From positions 1-58,199 of IMG/VR virus record IMGVR_UViG_3300044724_011157: a DNA stretch of 58,199 bases. One strand, written 5' to 3'. Position numbers and translations under genes: made by a program. A model generated the notes under the pieces. The model was not told the DNA's origin and ran no database searches. It saw nothing but the letters and a program-made list of their open reading frames with translations. This stretch comes from a virus. Lineage: Duplodnaviria; Caudoviricetes. The number at the start of each line of letters is the position of its first letter. Within the stretch, counting starts at the first letter, position 1. Shown in pieces: positions 18,392 through 29,340 of this stretch.

Positions 18392-20008
18392 ATGTCCAAA
18401 GAATATAAATACACTACAACTTTCGAGTCTACGCTTTTTGCGTCTTCTGAATTTGACTCCTCAGATATAAGTCAAGCATCTCTAGAATCTTTAAGGCCAT
18501 TAATTCCTGGGGATATCAATCTAGATAAAAATATTGATCTTTTGGCTGTAGTTTTTAATGCTGCTGTTGTCAATAAATTCAATAAAAATGGAGATGGTAT
18601 AAACAGTGAATCTGCTGTAGCTATAAAAGATTACTTCGTTCATAAGCCAACCAACATCGAGCACGACAGGGATAGAATTGTTGGGCATATTGTGTCTGCA
18701 GGATTTTCTAAATACGATGACAGTTCCGAATTAATCGGTGATGATTCTGCGCTGATAGAAGAAGGTCCTTATAACATTGCACTTTCTGCTGTTATCTATA
18801 AAACTGCAAGCAAAGAGTTTGCTGATTTGGTTGCAAACTCTACCGATCCTGATAGTGATTTTTACAATACCGTCTCTGCAAGTTGGGAGATCGGCTTCAA
18901 TGATTATGTTGTTGCCGTTGGTGGGGATGACTTAAATGAGGCTACAGTAATTTCTGACCCTCAAGAAATTAGCGCTTACTCTCCTTACCTTAAAGCTATG
19001 GGCGGAAAAGGCCAGCTTCAAGACGGACGAAAAGTTAGTCGTTTAATTACTGGAGAAATTTATCCTCTCGGTATAGGTTTTACCTCTAACCCTGCGGCAG
19101 ACGTTCAGGGTTTGATCATAAAAAATGGAGAAAATGGAGAAAATGAAGAAAAGTCACAAAAACCTAGCGAGCGACGAGAACCTATTGACCAGTTAATAAC
19201 AAAAAGCAAAAAAACTTCCCAATCAAACAAACAAAATGTACTAAACAAAGAAACATGTAATAATATTATTATGGATAAAGACCAAATCATAAACGAATTC
19301 CGAGCAGCTTTAGATGAAAAGCTTGGTAGTCAAGAGTTCTCTGAAGAGAGTGTCGCAAGCATCTCTAAAGTTTTCATCGAGGCTATTCGCGAAAAAGGAG
19401 AGCAATATATCGCCGACCTTGAAAAAGCTAAAGCTGAAAAAGAAGAAGCTGTTCAGTCAGAAAATTCTTTACGTTCTCAAATGCAAGAAGTTGAGGATCA
19501 ACTCAAAGCAACTCAAGAAAAGCTTTCCAAGCTGGAAGAAGAAAATTCTGCTCGTGAGGCCGAAGCTCTCTTTAATTCTAGAATGGAAGTAATCAATGAA
19601 GTCTACGAGCTCGACGAAGAAGATTCTCAAGTTTTGGCGTCTGATGTTTCTGATCTTGATGGTTCAGAAGAATCTTTTTCTGCCTATCAAGAAAAAATCG
19701 CAAAAATCTGGAAGCATAAAAATAAAGAATTTATCGCAGCTCAACAAAAAGCTTTTGAAGATCGCGTAGACGAAGAAGTAAGCAAAAGACTTGAATCTAC
19801 CGCTTCAAAAGAAGTAGAAGAAAGCGTGGCTTCTGAAACTCAAGTAGAAGAAGTTCAAGAAGCAGAAGAAGATGTTTCTGAAGTTCTTGACAGTGTAGAA
19901 GTTGAGCAAGCAAACGTAGTCAACAATAACGAATCTTCCTCAGAGGCCGAATCTCTTAGGGATCGTTTAGCAAAGACATTTAAACAATCAATTAAAATTT
20001 CATACTAA
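18392..20008 (+). CDS. prohead protease-scaffold fusion
   Basis: N-terminal NKNGD...KPTNIEH...IVGHI...SASWE...GIGFTSNPA protease-like domain; acidic coiled-coil C-half; position between terL and capsid. Confidence 0.7.
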   Translation: MSKEYKYTTTFESTLFASSEFDSSDISQASLESLRPLIPGDINLDKNIDLLAVVFNAAVVNKFNKNGDGINSESAVAIKDYFVHKPTNIEHDRDRIVGHIVSAGFSKYDDSSELIGDDSALIEEGPYNIALSAVIYKTASKEFADLVANSTDPDSDFYNTVSASWEIGFNDYVVAVGGDDLNEATVISDPQEISAYSPYLKAMGGKGQLQDGRKVSRLITGEIYPLGIGFTSNPAADVQGLIIKNGENGENEEKSQKPSERREPIDQLITKSKKTSQSNKQNVLNKETCNNIIMDKDQIINEFRAALDEKLGSQEFSEESVASISKVFIEAIREKGEQYIADLEKAKAEKEEAVQSENSLRSQMQEVEDQLKATQEKLSKLEEENSAREAEALFNSRMEVINEVYELDEEDSQVLASDVSDLDGSEESFSAYQEKIAKIWKHKNKEFIAAQQKAFEDRVDEEVSKRLESTASKEVEESVASETQVEEVQEAEEDVSEVLDSVEVEQANVVNNNESSSEAESLRDRLAKTFKQSIKISY

Positions 20009-20020
20009 TAGGAAAATATT

Positions 20021-20644
20021 ATGGCAAAAAGAATACTACCATACCGAGATTACAGCGAGCACGAAGTTGTTAACGCCTTCTCTTTGGACACTGAATCGTA
20101 CAAAATTACTGGTGCAATTCAGGGCAAAGCTGGAGACTTTGACGCAGGAGTGGTTGTCGCAGTAAAAGAGGGTTCCCTGCCTGGCGATATGCCCGAACAA
20201 GATATTGATGGAGACCTCCGAGCCTATCTCGGCGCGTCCTATTCAGCTGGTTCAACGCACATCGGCTACAGTTCATATCCGTACAACGGTATGACGGTGG
20301 AGCCCTCAGCAGACGGCAGCGATGCACTTGGAATCACACTTCGTGAGACCCTTGCATACGATGAGAACGGAGAGAAGATGTTAAACTATCGAGTAAAATT
20401 GGATGAAGCTCAAGCAGTATTGCCTGGTCATACAGTTCCTGTTCTTACTCGCGGATTGGTTCTTCTTCATGCAGATGCTTTTGCTAACATGAACAATGTT
20501 GCGCCAGGAGCCAAGTTGACTGTGGACAGCGGTCAATTTGTAGTTGGTACATCAAATATCGTTGGAACTGTTGTTGCCACTGGCAAAGAAAGCACTTCTG
20601 ATGAAGGCGACATTGATAAAGTTCTCTGCAAAATCAGCTTCTAA
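20021..20644 (+). CDS. head decoration / capsid cement protein
   Basis: 207 aa beta-rich ORF between scaffold and major capsid; GGAAA upstream. Confidence 0.55.
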   Translation: MAKRILPYRDYSEHEVVNAFSLDTESYKITGAIQGKAGDFDAGVVVAVKEGSLPGDMPEQDIDGDLRAYLGASYSAGSTHIGYSSYPYNGMTVEPSADGSDALGITLRETLAYDENGEKMLNYRVKLDEAQAVLPGHTVPVLTRGLVLLHADAFANMNNVAPGAKLTVDSGQFVVGTSNIVGTVVATGKESTSDEGDIDKVLCKISF

Positions 20645-20661
20645 CAAAGGAAATTAAGAAA

Positions 20662-21837
20662 ATGAATATTACTTTAGAAAGAACCCCCGAGCAAGTCGAG
20701 CTTATCAAAGCTATGGCTTCCAAGAATCGCGACGTAGCATATGAGGCTCAAACAGCATTAGCTGAATTTATTGGTCCTGTTTTAGCACAGGTTATCAATA
20801 CAGCTCCTACCGTGAGCAATATGTTTACCAGCCTTCAGTTTAATCAAGAAGATAATCCCAGCATTCCGTTGGATCTTTATCACGATATCGACGACGAAGA
20901 CTACATCCAAGTATGGAGTCAAACTGTTCCAGGTGGCCTTCCTACCAATCAGGTAGCACCATCACAAAGCGAGCTTAAGTTCACCACTTATCGCTTGGAC
21001 AGCGCTCTTAGCTTCGATAAGCGTTATGCTTCTCGTTCTCGTCTCGATGTAGTAAGCAAAACATTCACTCGCATGGCTCAAGAAATTCTTCTCAAGCAAG
21101 AGAAAACTTCTGCAGTTATGATTATGAGCGCTTTGGCTAACGCAAAAACCAATGACATCGACCATGTTATTCGTTCTGCTCAAGCTGATCGTTTCTTGCT
21201 TGCTGACCTTAACAGATTGTTCACCAATGCTAAGCGTATTAATACTGCTTGGAATGGCGGAACTCCTGCTGAGCGTCGTGGTCGCGGAATCACCGATCTT
21301 CTTGTTTCTCCTGAAATTGTAGAAGAAATTCGTGGATTGGCTTACAATCCAATCAATACCGTGAGCAACCGCACTCTTAGCTCAGACGTTACAGATGCAT
21401 CCGGGAATGCTGCCAGTGTATCTGGTGGCGGTGGAGATATTGCTGCAACCGATACTCTTCGTGATGCAGTATTCAACAGCGCAGGAATTCCTGAGTTCTA
21501 TGGCGTATCCATTCAAGAATACAATGAAATGGGTAGCGGTCAAAAATGGAACAAGGTCTTTGATAATGCAACAACCGGCAACTTCGCAAATCACTTTGCG
21601 AGTGTGGGCGAGCCTTCTGCATTTGTAGAAGCCAGCGAAGAAATTCTTGTTGGAGTTGATTTGTCTCGTGATTCCATGATTCGCGCAATCGCAACCGATT
21701 CTGAAACCGGAGAAGAATTTTCTCTTGTTACTGATGATCAGTTTGTTACTCGTCAATCCAAGATTGGTTATTATGGATCAATCGAAGAAGGACGTATGAT
21801 CATAGACGATCGTGTATTAACGGGATTGATTGTTTAA
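20662..21837 (+). CDS. major capsid protein
   Basis: 391 aa; follows protease and decoration genes; AAGGA SD; followed by a strong terminator; TDLLVSPE...GYYGSIEEGRMIID resembles an HK97-fold C-terminus. Confidence 0.75.
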   Translation: MNITLERTPEQVELIKAMASKNRDVAYEAQTALAEFIGPVLAQVINTAPTVSNMFTSLQFNQEDNPSIPLDLYHDIDDEDYIQVWSQTVPGGLPTNQVAPSQSELKFTTYRLDSALSFDKRYASRSRLDVVSKTFTRMAQEILLKQEKTSAVMIMSALANAKTNDIDHVIRSAQADRFLLADLNRLFTNAKRINTAWNGGTPAERRGRGITDLLVSPEIVEEIRGLAYNPINTVSNRTLSSDVTDASGNAASVSGGGGDIAATDTLRDAVFNSAGIPEFYGVSIQEYNEMGSGQKWNKVFDNATTGNFANHFASVGEPSAFVEASEEILVGVDLSRDSMIRAIATDSETGEEFSLVTDDQFVTRQSKIGYYGSIEEGRMIIDDRVLTGLIV

Positions 21838-21860
21838 TTGTAAAATTTAATGATCAATGT

Positions 21861-21894
21861 AAAATCCACCCTGGGAAACTGGGGTGGATTTTTT
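21861..21894 (+). terminator. rho-independent terminator after the capsid gene
   Basis: AAAATCCACCCTGG-GAAA-CTGGGGTGGATTTTTT hairpin with U tract. Confidence 0.85.
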
Positions 21895-21917
21895 ATTTTG
21901 TATTTTTACTATAAAAG

Positions 21918-21922
21918 GTGTA
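21918..21922 (+). promoter_or_regulatory. GTGTA element (candidate late promoter)
   Basis: Just downstream of the terminator, 27 nt before ATG 21950; this longer leader contains an AAGGA SD. Confidence 0.5.
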
Positions 21923-21949
21923 CAAATACTAACGGAATAAGGAAAATTT

Positions 21950-22378
21950 ATGAGCAATAAAAAAACAAAAACGAGTAAAATTAAAATAGCAAAGGCTTCT
22001 AAGGAATCTCAAAAAAATAAACAAACAGTTCTTGACAGTTTGCAGCAGACTAATGGAAAAGTTTACGAAGACGATATCGCAAGAGCCAGAGAGATAGAAG
22101 AAATACTTGGAACAAAAAAAGTAAGCCCATTTAAAACTACGGACAAAAATGTTTTTCAGGACATGATTAAAGGTATGAATCTTACAGATCTTCAGTCTTT
22201 CGCTGTAAAGGTTGGTGTGTTTCCAAATGGAAATAAAACTGTATTAAAAAACAAGCTAACCAAGGCTTTTGAAACCAGTTTATATGGCCAAGGGGTTGTC
22301 CAATTACAGGGACAATCAAAAAGACTGAACCCCAATAACCCTCAAGAAAAAGAGATTATTGATTATCTGAACGATTAA
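21950..22378 (+). CDS. hypothetical protein (head region)
   Basis: 142 aa basic ORF after the capsid gene, with SD. Confidence 0.6.
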   Translation: MSNKKTKTSKIKIAKASKESQKNKQTVLDSLQQTNGKVYEDDIARAREIEEILGTKKVSPFKTTDKNVFQDMIKGMNLTDLQSFAVKVGVFPNGNKTVLKNKLTKAFETSLYGQGVVQLQGQSKRLNPNNPQEKEIIDYLND

Positions 22379-22379
22379 A

Positions 22380-23186
22380 ATGTCTGACCCAAAAGGAGAT
22401 TTTGGGGGTTACTATGGATATGGTGAAAATATATCAGGAGTAAGCCCTGACCAAGATGCTTTATCTAGCGCAGCCCAAGAATTATCAGATTCTTTAGAGT
22501 CTACAAGCGGAACATATGGATTTGATCAAACTACTTCTGGGGATTATGGGTCATACTATCCGGTGAGCGGGCAAAGCCCGTCAGGAGTTTTTGGAGATTA
22601 TCCTTCCGATTATGATACAAGCGCTTCAGGCATTTCTCCCGAACCTTCGGGAATTTCTCCTGTCCCAACCGGCATTTGGGAAGCTAAAACAGTTTTAGAG
22701 CGTTTGGCCGAGCAAATCTACGATCAAGAGTTTGCCTACGAAGAAGGAGAGAGAAGATTAATAGAAATTAAATTCATAAGAGATTGGCTGGAAGGAAATT
22801 TAGGCGAGCTCAATACAATGATATATACATGTTTTGAGGGTCCAGATCCAGAAGATTTATTTCTCGAAGAGCAGGCAATTCTGAGAGAGCTTTATATTGT
22901 AGATTACAACCGCAGGGCTCAAAGAAATGCCCTGAGATTTATAAATGGGTTCAAGCAGGAGCAAGAAGATTGGTTCTTGATCAAAGAGGGTGACTCTACA
23001 ATTCAAAGAACTACGCATACCCACAAAGAAGTTGCTTCTAAAAATTATAGGCTTGCCGCTACAGACGCAATGAACAGGGTTAAAGATTTAGTGTTTAGAT
23101 ACAATCTTCGTCAATCTACCCCAAAAGATGTATTGTATACAGACAAACCAAACAATATTATAAATAAAGATCATGAACGAAGATAG
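22380..23186 (+). CDS. putative head-tail adaptor/neck protein with low-complexity N-terminus
   Basis: 268 aa; N-terminal S/G/Y/P-rich repeats (SGVSP, SGQSP, SGISP x2); helical C-half with W..IKEGDSTIQR; role inferred from position. Confidence 0.45.
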   Translation: MSDPKGDFGGYYGYGENISGVSPDQDALSSAAQELSDSLESTSGTYGFDQTTSGDYGSYYPVSGQSPSGVFGDYPSDYDTSASGISPEPSGISPVPTGIWEAKTVLERLAEQIYDQEFAYEEGERRLIEIKFIRDWLEGNLGELNTMIYTCFEGPDPEDLFLEEQAILRELYIVDYNRRAQRNALRFINGFKQEQEDWFLIKEGDSTIQRTTHTHKEVASKNYRLAATDAMNRVKDLVFRYNLRQSTPKDVLYTDKPNNIINKDHERR

Positions 23187-23673
23187 TAAATCAAGTATCA
23201 ACGAGTCCAACAAAAAGTCAAAGTCAGAACTATTTCACATCTGGAAAAAGTCTAGGGTGATGTATGAAATGTTCAGCGATTCGTTTTCGTGCGAAGATTG
23301 GGTTCGGAAAAATATCGCTCAGGCCTACGAGCTCGTGGATAAGGCACTTGCTTATTGTGAATATCAAAAGATTTTTCCAGAAAAAGAATCTGCAGATAAT
23401 CAAGGAGAAAATAATTTTTTAAGCAATGACGACCGAAGATACCCTGTCCCCGCAGAATCCGAAAGTGGTGATCAATTTGTGACAAGGTGCATTTATGATC
23501 CAAATATGAGAAAAAGGTACCCCGTTCAGGCGGATAGATTTTCTGCATGCATGTCAATATTTAACGAAAATCAGCCAACCCAAGAAGACGCGGAGCATTA
23601 CAAGAAGTTTGATGATCCTATGCAAAAACAAGAAGAGGATTTGCCAGATCCTCAAAAACCTATTATGCCTTGA
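23173..23673 (+). CDS. hypothetical head-associated protein
   Basis: 166 aa; PVPAESESGDQFVTRC...M...YP...RFSAC module resembles small domains in phage head proteins. Confidence 0.5.
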   Translation: MNEDSKSSINESNKKSKSELFHIWKKSRVMYEMFSDSFSCEDWVRKNIAQAYELVDKALAYCEYQKIFPEKESADNQGENNFLSNDDRRYPVPAESESGDQFVTRCIYDPNMRKRYPVQADRFSACMSIFNENQPTQEDAEHYKKFDDPMQKQEEDLPDPQKPIMP

Positions 23674-26119
23674 GCTTGCAGATTATTTGATCTTTGCTGA
23701 TTCCGAATGATATTTTAGATCCAGGTTTTGGCTTGTTGATCAATAAAAATTCACTTAACTTATTTTCTATCACATCTTGAATAATTCTTTTTATTGGTCT
23801 AGCTCCAAGCTTTTCTGATTGTGCTTGATTGGATATTCTTGAGCTTACCGCCGGAGAGAATGCAACAGTTATTTGTTGGTCTGAAAGCTTGTTATTTATT
23901 TTATTCAATTCTAATTTTGTGATTTTAAGAAAATCTTTGTCTGAAAAGTCGTTAAACTTTATTACTTCATTTAGTCGATTTAGGAATTCAGGCTTAAAAA
24001 CTTTTTTAAGGGACTTTTTTAGTTTATCTGCAGATTCAGATTCAGAGTGAGATGGCCCAAAGCCTATGTTTGGTTTTGCTATTTCTTCTGCGCCTACATT
24101 GCCTGTCATTATAATGATTGTATTTGTAAAGCTAACTTGTCTGCCTGAGTTGTCCGTTAGGCATCCTTCTTCCATAATTTGTAATAGTATGTTTAATACA
24201 TCTGGGTGAGCCTTTTCTATTTCGTCAAACAAAATTACACTATAAGGATTCTTTCTTACTTTTTCAGTTAATTCTCCGCCTTCTTCATAGCCAACATAAC
24301 CTGGAGAGGCGCCGTTAAGTCTAGATGAAGATATTTTCTCGCTGTACTCGCTCATATCGAGTTGTATCAGGCACTTTGGGTCTCCAAATATAAACTCTGC
24401 AATGTATTTAGCTGTTAAAGTTTTACCTGTTCCGCTTGCACCAACCAAAAGAAAACTGCCTACAGGTTTATTTTTTTCTTTTAACCCTGATCGAGAGCGT
24501 ATGATTGATTGGCATATTTCATTTATGGCGTGTTGTTGTCCAATAATTTTTTTGTTTAAATTTGTTGCTAGATTAAGTATTTTTTGGCCTTCTGACTGGG
24601 CGATTTCTTTTATAGGGATTCCTGTTCTAGCAGAAACCACTAGATGAACATCTTTGTTTTTCGCTGCAAATTTTTTCTTGATTGTTTTGTTTGCCCAAGT
24701 CTCTATAATTTTATCGTATTGCTCTAAGAGAACAATTTGCTCTTCTTCTATTTGATCAATAGCATAGCCTAATGATTCTAATTTAGATTCTTTTTCAGCT
24801 AGCTGATCTAGTCTATCTTCAATATCTTTGGCCTCCTGAGGTCGTTTGATATTTTTAATTTTAACTTTTGCTCCAACTTGATCAAGAATGTCTATTGCTT
24901 TGTCTGGAAATTTTTTGGAAGGAATGTACTTATCGGCAAGATTAACTATGGTATTTATTATACCTTCACTGTATGTTATACTGTGAAACTTTTCGTATTT
25001 ATTTTTGATGCCCATTAAAATTTGTACAACTTCTTCCTTGCTTGGTTCTGAGACTTTTACGGGTTGAAAGCGGCGATCTAGCGCTCCATCTTTTAGTATT
25101 GTTTTTTTGTATTCTTCTTGGGTAGTTGCCCCTATGCATTTAAGTTCTCCCCTGGCAAGTAGGGGTTTTAGTAGGTTTGCCGCGTCCATGGCTCCTTCAG
25201 CGGCTCCAGCTCCAACCATAGTATGTATTTCATCTATGAATAAAATAATTTCTGGATGCTTTTTAACTTCTTCTATGATACCTTTTAACCTCTCTTCAAA
25301 TTGACCTCTATATTTGGTTCCTGCAATAAGAGAACCTAGATCAAGAGAGTATATAACTTTGCCAATTAAAAAATCAGGACAATCCCCATGATATATTTTC
25401 ATCGACAAACCTTCTGTTATTGCAGTTTTTCCAACCCCAGGGTCTCCAAGTAGCACGGGGTTGTTTTTTGTTCTCCTGCATAAAATTTCACAGACCTCCG
25501 CAATCTCTCTTTGTTTTCCAATGACTTCATCAATTTTTTTCTGTTTGCACAGCTCCATGAGATTCGAGGCAAACTTTTCAAGATTAGGGCATTTGGAGTC
25601 TTTTTTGGTGGGTTTTGTTTTGCTTGTAAATTTTATTTTAGGAATTTGTGGTTTAGCTATATCCTTGGATATATGGAGATACTCTCTAACTTCTGAGATA
25701 ATATCATCCTCAGAAGCATTAAACTTCATAAAAAAATCAGGTATAGCAGAGTATTCATACTTTAATAAAGATAGTAAAATGTGTTCTATTCCTACATATT
25801 CATGACCAAGTTTACTGCTTATACTAACTGAAACCTTGAGTATAAGGTGAAAATGTTCGTCATATGTAGGTTCGTCTTCATTTTGAGGGTATTGATCTGT
25901 CGTGTGCGGTAATAAAGATTTTTCTATTTCTAGCTTTAGTTCTTCTGGGTTTATATTTAATATAAATAAAATTTCATTTAATATACCAGCATTTAAATTA
26001 ACCATTGCATAAAATAAATGCTCTACAGAAATAAGATTGTTTTGAAATTTTTTAGCAACTCTTTTGGCTTCACTGATCGCCTGCTGTGCGCGCGGCGTAA
26101 AATTGGGTTTTGGAGTCAT
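23663..26119 (-). CDS. clpC: ClpC/ClpA-family AAA+ chaperone (Clp protease ATP-binding subunit)
   Basis: Clp N-domain (FTPRAQQ, EHL), Walker A GDPGVGKT and [27 protein letters not shown] loop; ATG 26119 lies 11 nt from a GTGTA. Confidence 0.92.
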   Translation of the reverse strand: MTPKPNFTPRAQQAISEAKRVAKKFQNNLISVEHLFYAMVNLNAGILNEILFILNINPEELKLEIEKSLLPHTTDQYPQNEDEPTYDEHFHLILKVSVSISSKLGHEYVGIEHILLSLLKYEYSAIPDFFMKFNASEDDIISEVREYLHISKDIAKPQIPKIKFTSKTKPTKKDSKCPNLEKFASNLMELCKQKKIDEVIGKQREIAEVCEILCRRTKNNPVLLGDPGVGKTAITEGLSMKIYHGDCPDFLIGKVIYSLDLGSLIAGTKYRGQFEERLKGIIEEVKKHPEIILFIDEIHTMVGAGAAEGAMDAANLLKPLLARGELKCIGATTQEEYKKTILKDGALDRRFQPVKVSEPSKEEVVQILMGIKNKYEKFHSITYSEGIINTIVNLADKYIPSKKFPDKAIDILDQVGAKVKIKNIKRPQEAKDIEDRLDQLAEKESKLESLGYAIDQIEEEQIVLLEQYDKIIETWANKTIKKKFAAKNKDVHLVVSARTGIPIKEIAQSEGQKILNLATNLNKKIIGQQHAINEICQSIIRSRSGLKEKNKPVGSFLLVGASGTGKTLTAKYIAEFIFGDPKCLIQLDMSEYSEKISSSRLNGASPGYVGYEEGGELTEKVRKNPYSVILFDEIEKAHPDVLNILLQIMEEGCLTDNSGRQVSFTNTIIIMTGNVGAEEIAKPNIGFGPSHSESESADKLKKSLKKVFKPEFLNRLNEVIKFNDFSDKDFLKITKLELNKINNKLSDQQITVAFSPAVSSRISNQAQSEKLGARPIKRIIQDVIENKLSEFLLINKPKPGSKISFGISKDQIICKLKA

Positions 26120-26130
26120 CTTCACTTTTT

Positions 26131-26135
26131 TACAC
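26131..26135 (-). promoter_or_regulatory. GTGTA element (candidate late promoter for clpC)
   Basis: TACAC on the plus strand, 11 nt from the ATG at 26119. Confidence 0.55.
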
Positions 26136-26140
26136 TTAAA

Positions 26141-28699
26141 TTATTTAACATCCGACATTTTCATGTAGATCTTTTCGTCCATGATATTGATTGAGTCGAG
26201 AAATATAATATCTTCACTTTTTCTTCCATATGCTACTATTATACTCTTTTTTGTGGGAGTTTTCTTGTCAGATTCAAAATATCTGTCATAATAGTTTCCT
26301 CTTCTGGAATTTAGCAGCATGGCGTCATATCTTCCGTACTCATCTGCAATGCTTAATTTCATATATTTGTTGCCGTTTCGGGATGTTCTTTTAATACAAT
26401 CTTCCACGACACCAATAAATTTTCCTTTATCATCTGCTTGCATTACCTGAAGATCTCTAGAGTCACAGAGAGATTTATGAGAATCAATAAAGCATTCTTT
26501 TAAATTACAACTATGGCTATAGCCAAGTAATTCTGTTTCGAAATACCAGTTTGCGAAACTTTCGTATTGCTTGTTTTTGTCATAAATTGATTTATAAATA
26601 TCATATTTTTTCTTGAATGTTTTAAAGCGTGATTCTTTCATGAGCGGTTTTCCGTCATCTCCAACCAATTCTCCCTTCTTTGCGTCAGCTATACAGTTGA
26701 GCAACTTGTATTCATATTTATCGCCTAAGAGTATGAAATTACGTTTCTCGCGATCGGTCAATAGATTGAATGCCTGCGCTTCAAGAACCATCAAGGAACG
26801 ATTACAACCTTTACTTTCGAGTGCGCCAGCTTGAATCAATGCGCTCAGAACGCCAATATTTAGCCCCGCTTGCTTGGCCGCAAGAAAGATGTCATACTTT
26901 GTGGGCGTTTCGCTTGATCGAAAATCTTGCAACGATTGCAGTGATTTTTCACTTACTCCTTTGATGCTGTTTAATCCAAAACGAATGTTGCTTCCCTCGA
27001 TTGCAAAGTCCATCTTTGATTTTGCTAGGTCCGGACATAGTAATTTTATGCCAAAATGAGATAATTCTTTAGTAATTTTACTTATTTCTTCTTGTGGAGC
27101 AGGTTCATATTTTGTCATCTTCAATAAAGAAAGAAAGAACTGCTGTGGATGATTAAATTTAAGATATGTAGTCCATGCAGCAAGAACAGAATAACTAAGA
27201 GAGTGTGATTTATTGAATGAATAGTTTGCGCTGTCCTCTGCAACACTCCATAGTATGGTTCCGATATCTGGGCTGAGCCCTCGCTCGCTTACTTTCTCTT
27301 CAATTTTTGCTTTCCAGGCAGGCATTTGGTCTACTTTTTTCTTACCAACAATTCGTCGAAGCTGCTCTGCTTCATCAAGCGTAAACCCAACCTTCACTGC
27401 CATTTGCATAAGCTGCTCTTGGTAAAGTGGAATTCCTCCTGTGTAATCCAATACATCCGAGAAAAATTCGTGAATCACCTGAGCCTCTTCGGTTTCTACA
27501 TAGGTTGCATAACTATCTAAAAATTCTAGAGCTCCCGGACGGCCAATCGCCACAACCGCACTAAGCTGCTCAAGGCTCTGAGGCTTAATTTTCTTGCAGA
27601 CTCTGTAGTTAGTATCAGATTCTAATTGAAACAGTCCGTGAGGGGTTCGTAGGGACTGTAACGGATTGAATATATCTGTATTGTGAAGATCAATTTTATT
27701 GCAGTCGATTTCGAGACTTTTGCACACATCATAAATAACGCTCAGTGTGCGCAATCCCAAAATATCAAACTTAACCATCAGCTCGGATACCCAATTCATG
27801 TCGTAGCCTGTAACCAACGCTCCGTCATTTGATGTTTGGATAGGACATATGTCTGTCATTGTGTCAAAAGAAATGGCAATTCCACTTGGATGAACACCCG
27901 TATTCTTATTCAAACCTTCTAGCTTCAGTGCGATATTAAATACTTCTGCGTTTTGTGCGGCCCAGTCGGTAAACTTTTCACTTTCTTCAATAGCATTTCT
28001 TAGGGGAACAACCACTCCAAAGCGTTTTGGAATCGTGTCACTTACTTCATTCACTTGCTGCTCTGTAAATTCACCAACAATTTTACCACATTCTTTAACA
28101 CAAAGCTTTCCGCTGAGCGTATTTAACGTTAAAATCTTTGCGGTTCGAGAAGGATGTTTGCGTTCAATGTAGTCAATGACTTCTGCGCGCCGTTCGTAAG
28201 CGATATCGTTATCCACATCCGCCAGCAAGCTGCCATCAAGATAGGTAATTCCGTCTTGCTCAATTTTACGAGCCCTACTTTTGGATACAAACCGTTCAAA
28301 GAATAAATTATATTCTACAGGATCAACATTTGTTACTCCAATTAAATATAGCACAAGAGATCCTGCTGCACTGCCACGACCTGGCCCGGTGGGAATGTCG
28401 TTTTCGTGACAAAAATTAAGAATATCCCAGTTTAATAAAATATAATCAATAAAGCCAAGCTCCTCAAGAATAGTTAGTTCTGATTTTGCACGATCGAAGT
28501 ATTCCTTCTTATTGTCAAACTTGTCGATTCCGCGGTCATAAACACCCTTGTGGCAAAGCTTGCGAAGGAATTCATAGTTACTCACGTCTGGGGAACACTC
28601 GAGCATTTTATAATACCTGTCTTCGATTTTAATATTAGGTAATCGAACACCTGGAGGGACGCATCCCTCGTAATTTGTAAATTCTTCTGTAAAACTCAT
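26141..28699 (-). CDS. dnaE: DNA polymerase III alpha catalytic subunit lacking the PHP domain
   Basis: GPGRGSAAGSLV, FERF, DVDND, HPSG, KFDILGL, YQEQ, FNKSH and a C-terminal OB fold; ATG 28699 in an ATGA overlap. Confidence 0.93.
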   Translation of the reverse strand: MSFTEEFTNYEGCVPPGVRLPNIKIEDRYYKMLECSPDVSNYEFLRKLCHKGVYDRGIDKFDNKKEYFDRAKSELTILEELGFIDYILLNWDILNFCHENDIPTGPGRGSAAGSLVLYLIGVTNVDPVEYNLFFERFVSKSRARKIEQDGITYLDGSLLADVDNDIAYERRAEVIDYIERKHPSRTAKILTLNTLSGKLCVKECGKIVGEFTEQQVNEVSDTIPKRFGVVVPLRNAIEESEKFTDWAAQNAEVFNIALKLEGLNKNTGVHPSGIAISFDTMTDICPIQTSNDGALVTGYDMNWVSELMVKFDILGLRTLSVIYDVCKSLEIDCNKIDLHNTDIFNPLQSLRTPHGLFQLESDTNYRVCKKIKPQSLEQLSAVVAIGRPGALEFLDSYATYVETEEAQVIHEFFSDVLDYTGGIPLYQEQLMQMAVKVGFTLDEAEQLRRIVGKKKVDQMPAWKAKIEEKVSERGLSPDIGTILWSVAEDSANYSFNKSHSLSYSVLAAWTTYLKFNHPQQFFLSLLKMTKYEPAPQEEISKITKELSHFGIKLLCPDLAKSKMDFAIEGSNIRFGLNSIKGVSEKSLQSLQDFRSSETPTKYDIFLAAKQAGLNIGVLSALIQAGALESKGCNRSLMVLEAQAFNLLTDREKRNFILLGDKYEYKLLNCIADAKKGELVGDDGKPLMKESRFKTFKKKYDIYKSIYDKNKQYESFANWYFETELLGYSHSCNLKECFIDSHKSLCDSRDLQVMQADDKGKFIGVVEDCIKRTSRNGNKYMKLSIADEYGRYDAMLLNSRRGNYYDRYFESDKKTPTKKSIIVAYGRKSEDIIFLDSINIMDEKIYMKMSDVK

Positions 28700-29340
28700 A
28701 CTTCTACTTCCCATATCATTTTCTTGAATACTTCATAATTAACTCGAATATCATACAATGCGTCATGTAATTTTTTCTCGTCAAAGTCAACATCAAAATC
28801 TTTGCAGCACTGTTTTAGATTGCAGCTTAACCCTCGTTCAATGAGATGATTTAGTCGATATTGCCACGCTAAAAAGTTGTCATCTTTATCCAAACGAATA
28901 CGTTTCTTGAGGGCTTTTGCAAGGCATAATGTGTCCACGAGATGTTCTGTATAGCTGTAATCTGTTTCTGCTTTTGGATCAACAAGCTTGCGATGAATGT
29001 TGTGCATATAAACGTCAAAGCCTAAAAGGTTATGTCCAACCTTTAGATAACTATCGTCATAAAGATATCTCTCAAGGTGTTCGAGCGCTTCTTTTGGGCA
29101 AGTCGCACGCTTTTTGTACTTTGCTTCGGTAAAGCCTGTAATTTTTGCGGCATCAGGAGATACGTTTAGCTCGTCCCATTTGAGCCAATAGTCTTTTTGT
29201 TCGACGATCTTGTTGTTTTCGATAACGAGAAACGCAAGTTGCCATGGTTTATTATGTGTGATAAGATTAAGATTACAGGTTTCGTAATCAAATAATAAAT
29301 ATTTTTTGTTTTTTTGAAATCTAAGTAGTGATTCTTTCAT
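28696..29340 (-). CDS. DEDDh 3'-5' exonuclease (DnaQ/epsilon-like)
   Basis: FDYET, GHNLLGFD, DTL and HDALYD motifs. Confidence 0.88.
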   Translation of the reverse strand: MKESLLRFQKNKKYLLFDYETCNLNLITHNKPWQLAFLVIENNKIVEQKDYWLKWDELNVSPDAAKITGFTEAKYKKRATCPKEALEHLERYLYDDSYLKVGHNLLGFDVYMHNIHRKLVDPKAETDYSYTEHLVDTLCLAKALKKRIRLDKDDNFLAWQYRLNHLIERGLSCNLKQCCKDFDVDFDEKKLHDALYDIRVNYEVFKKMIWEVEV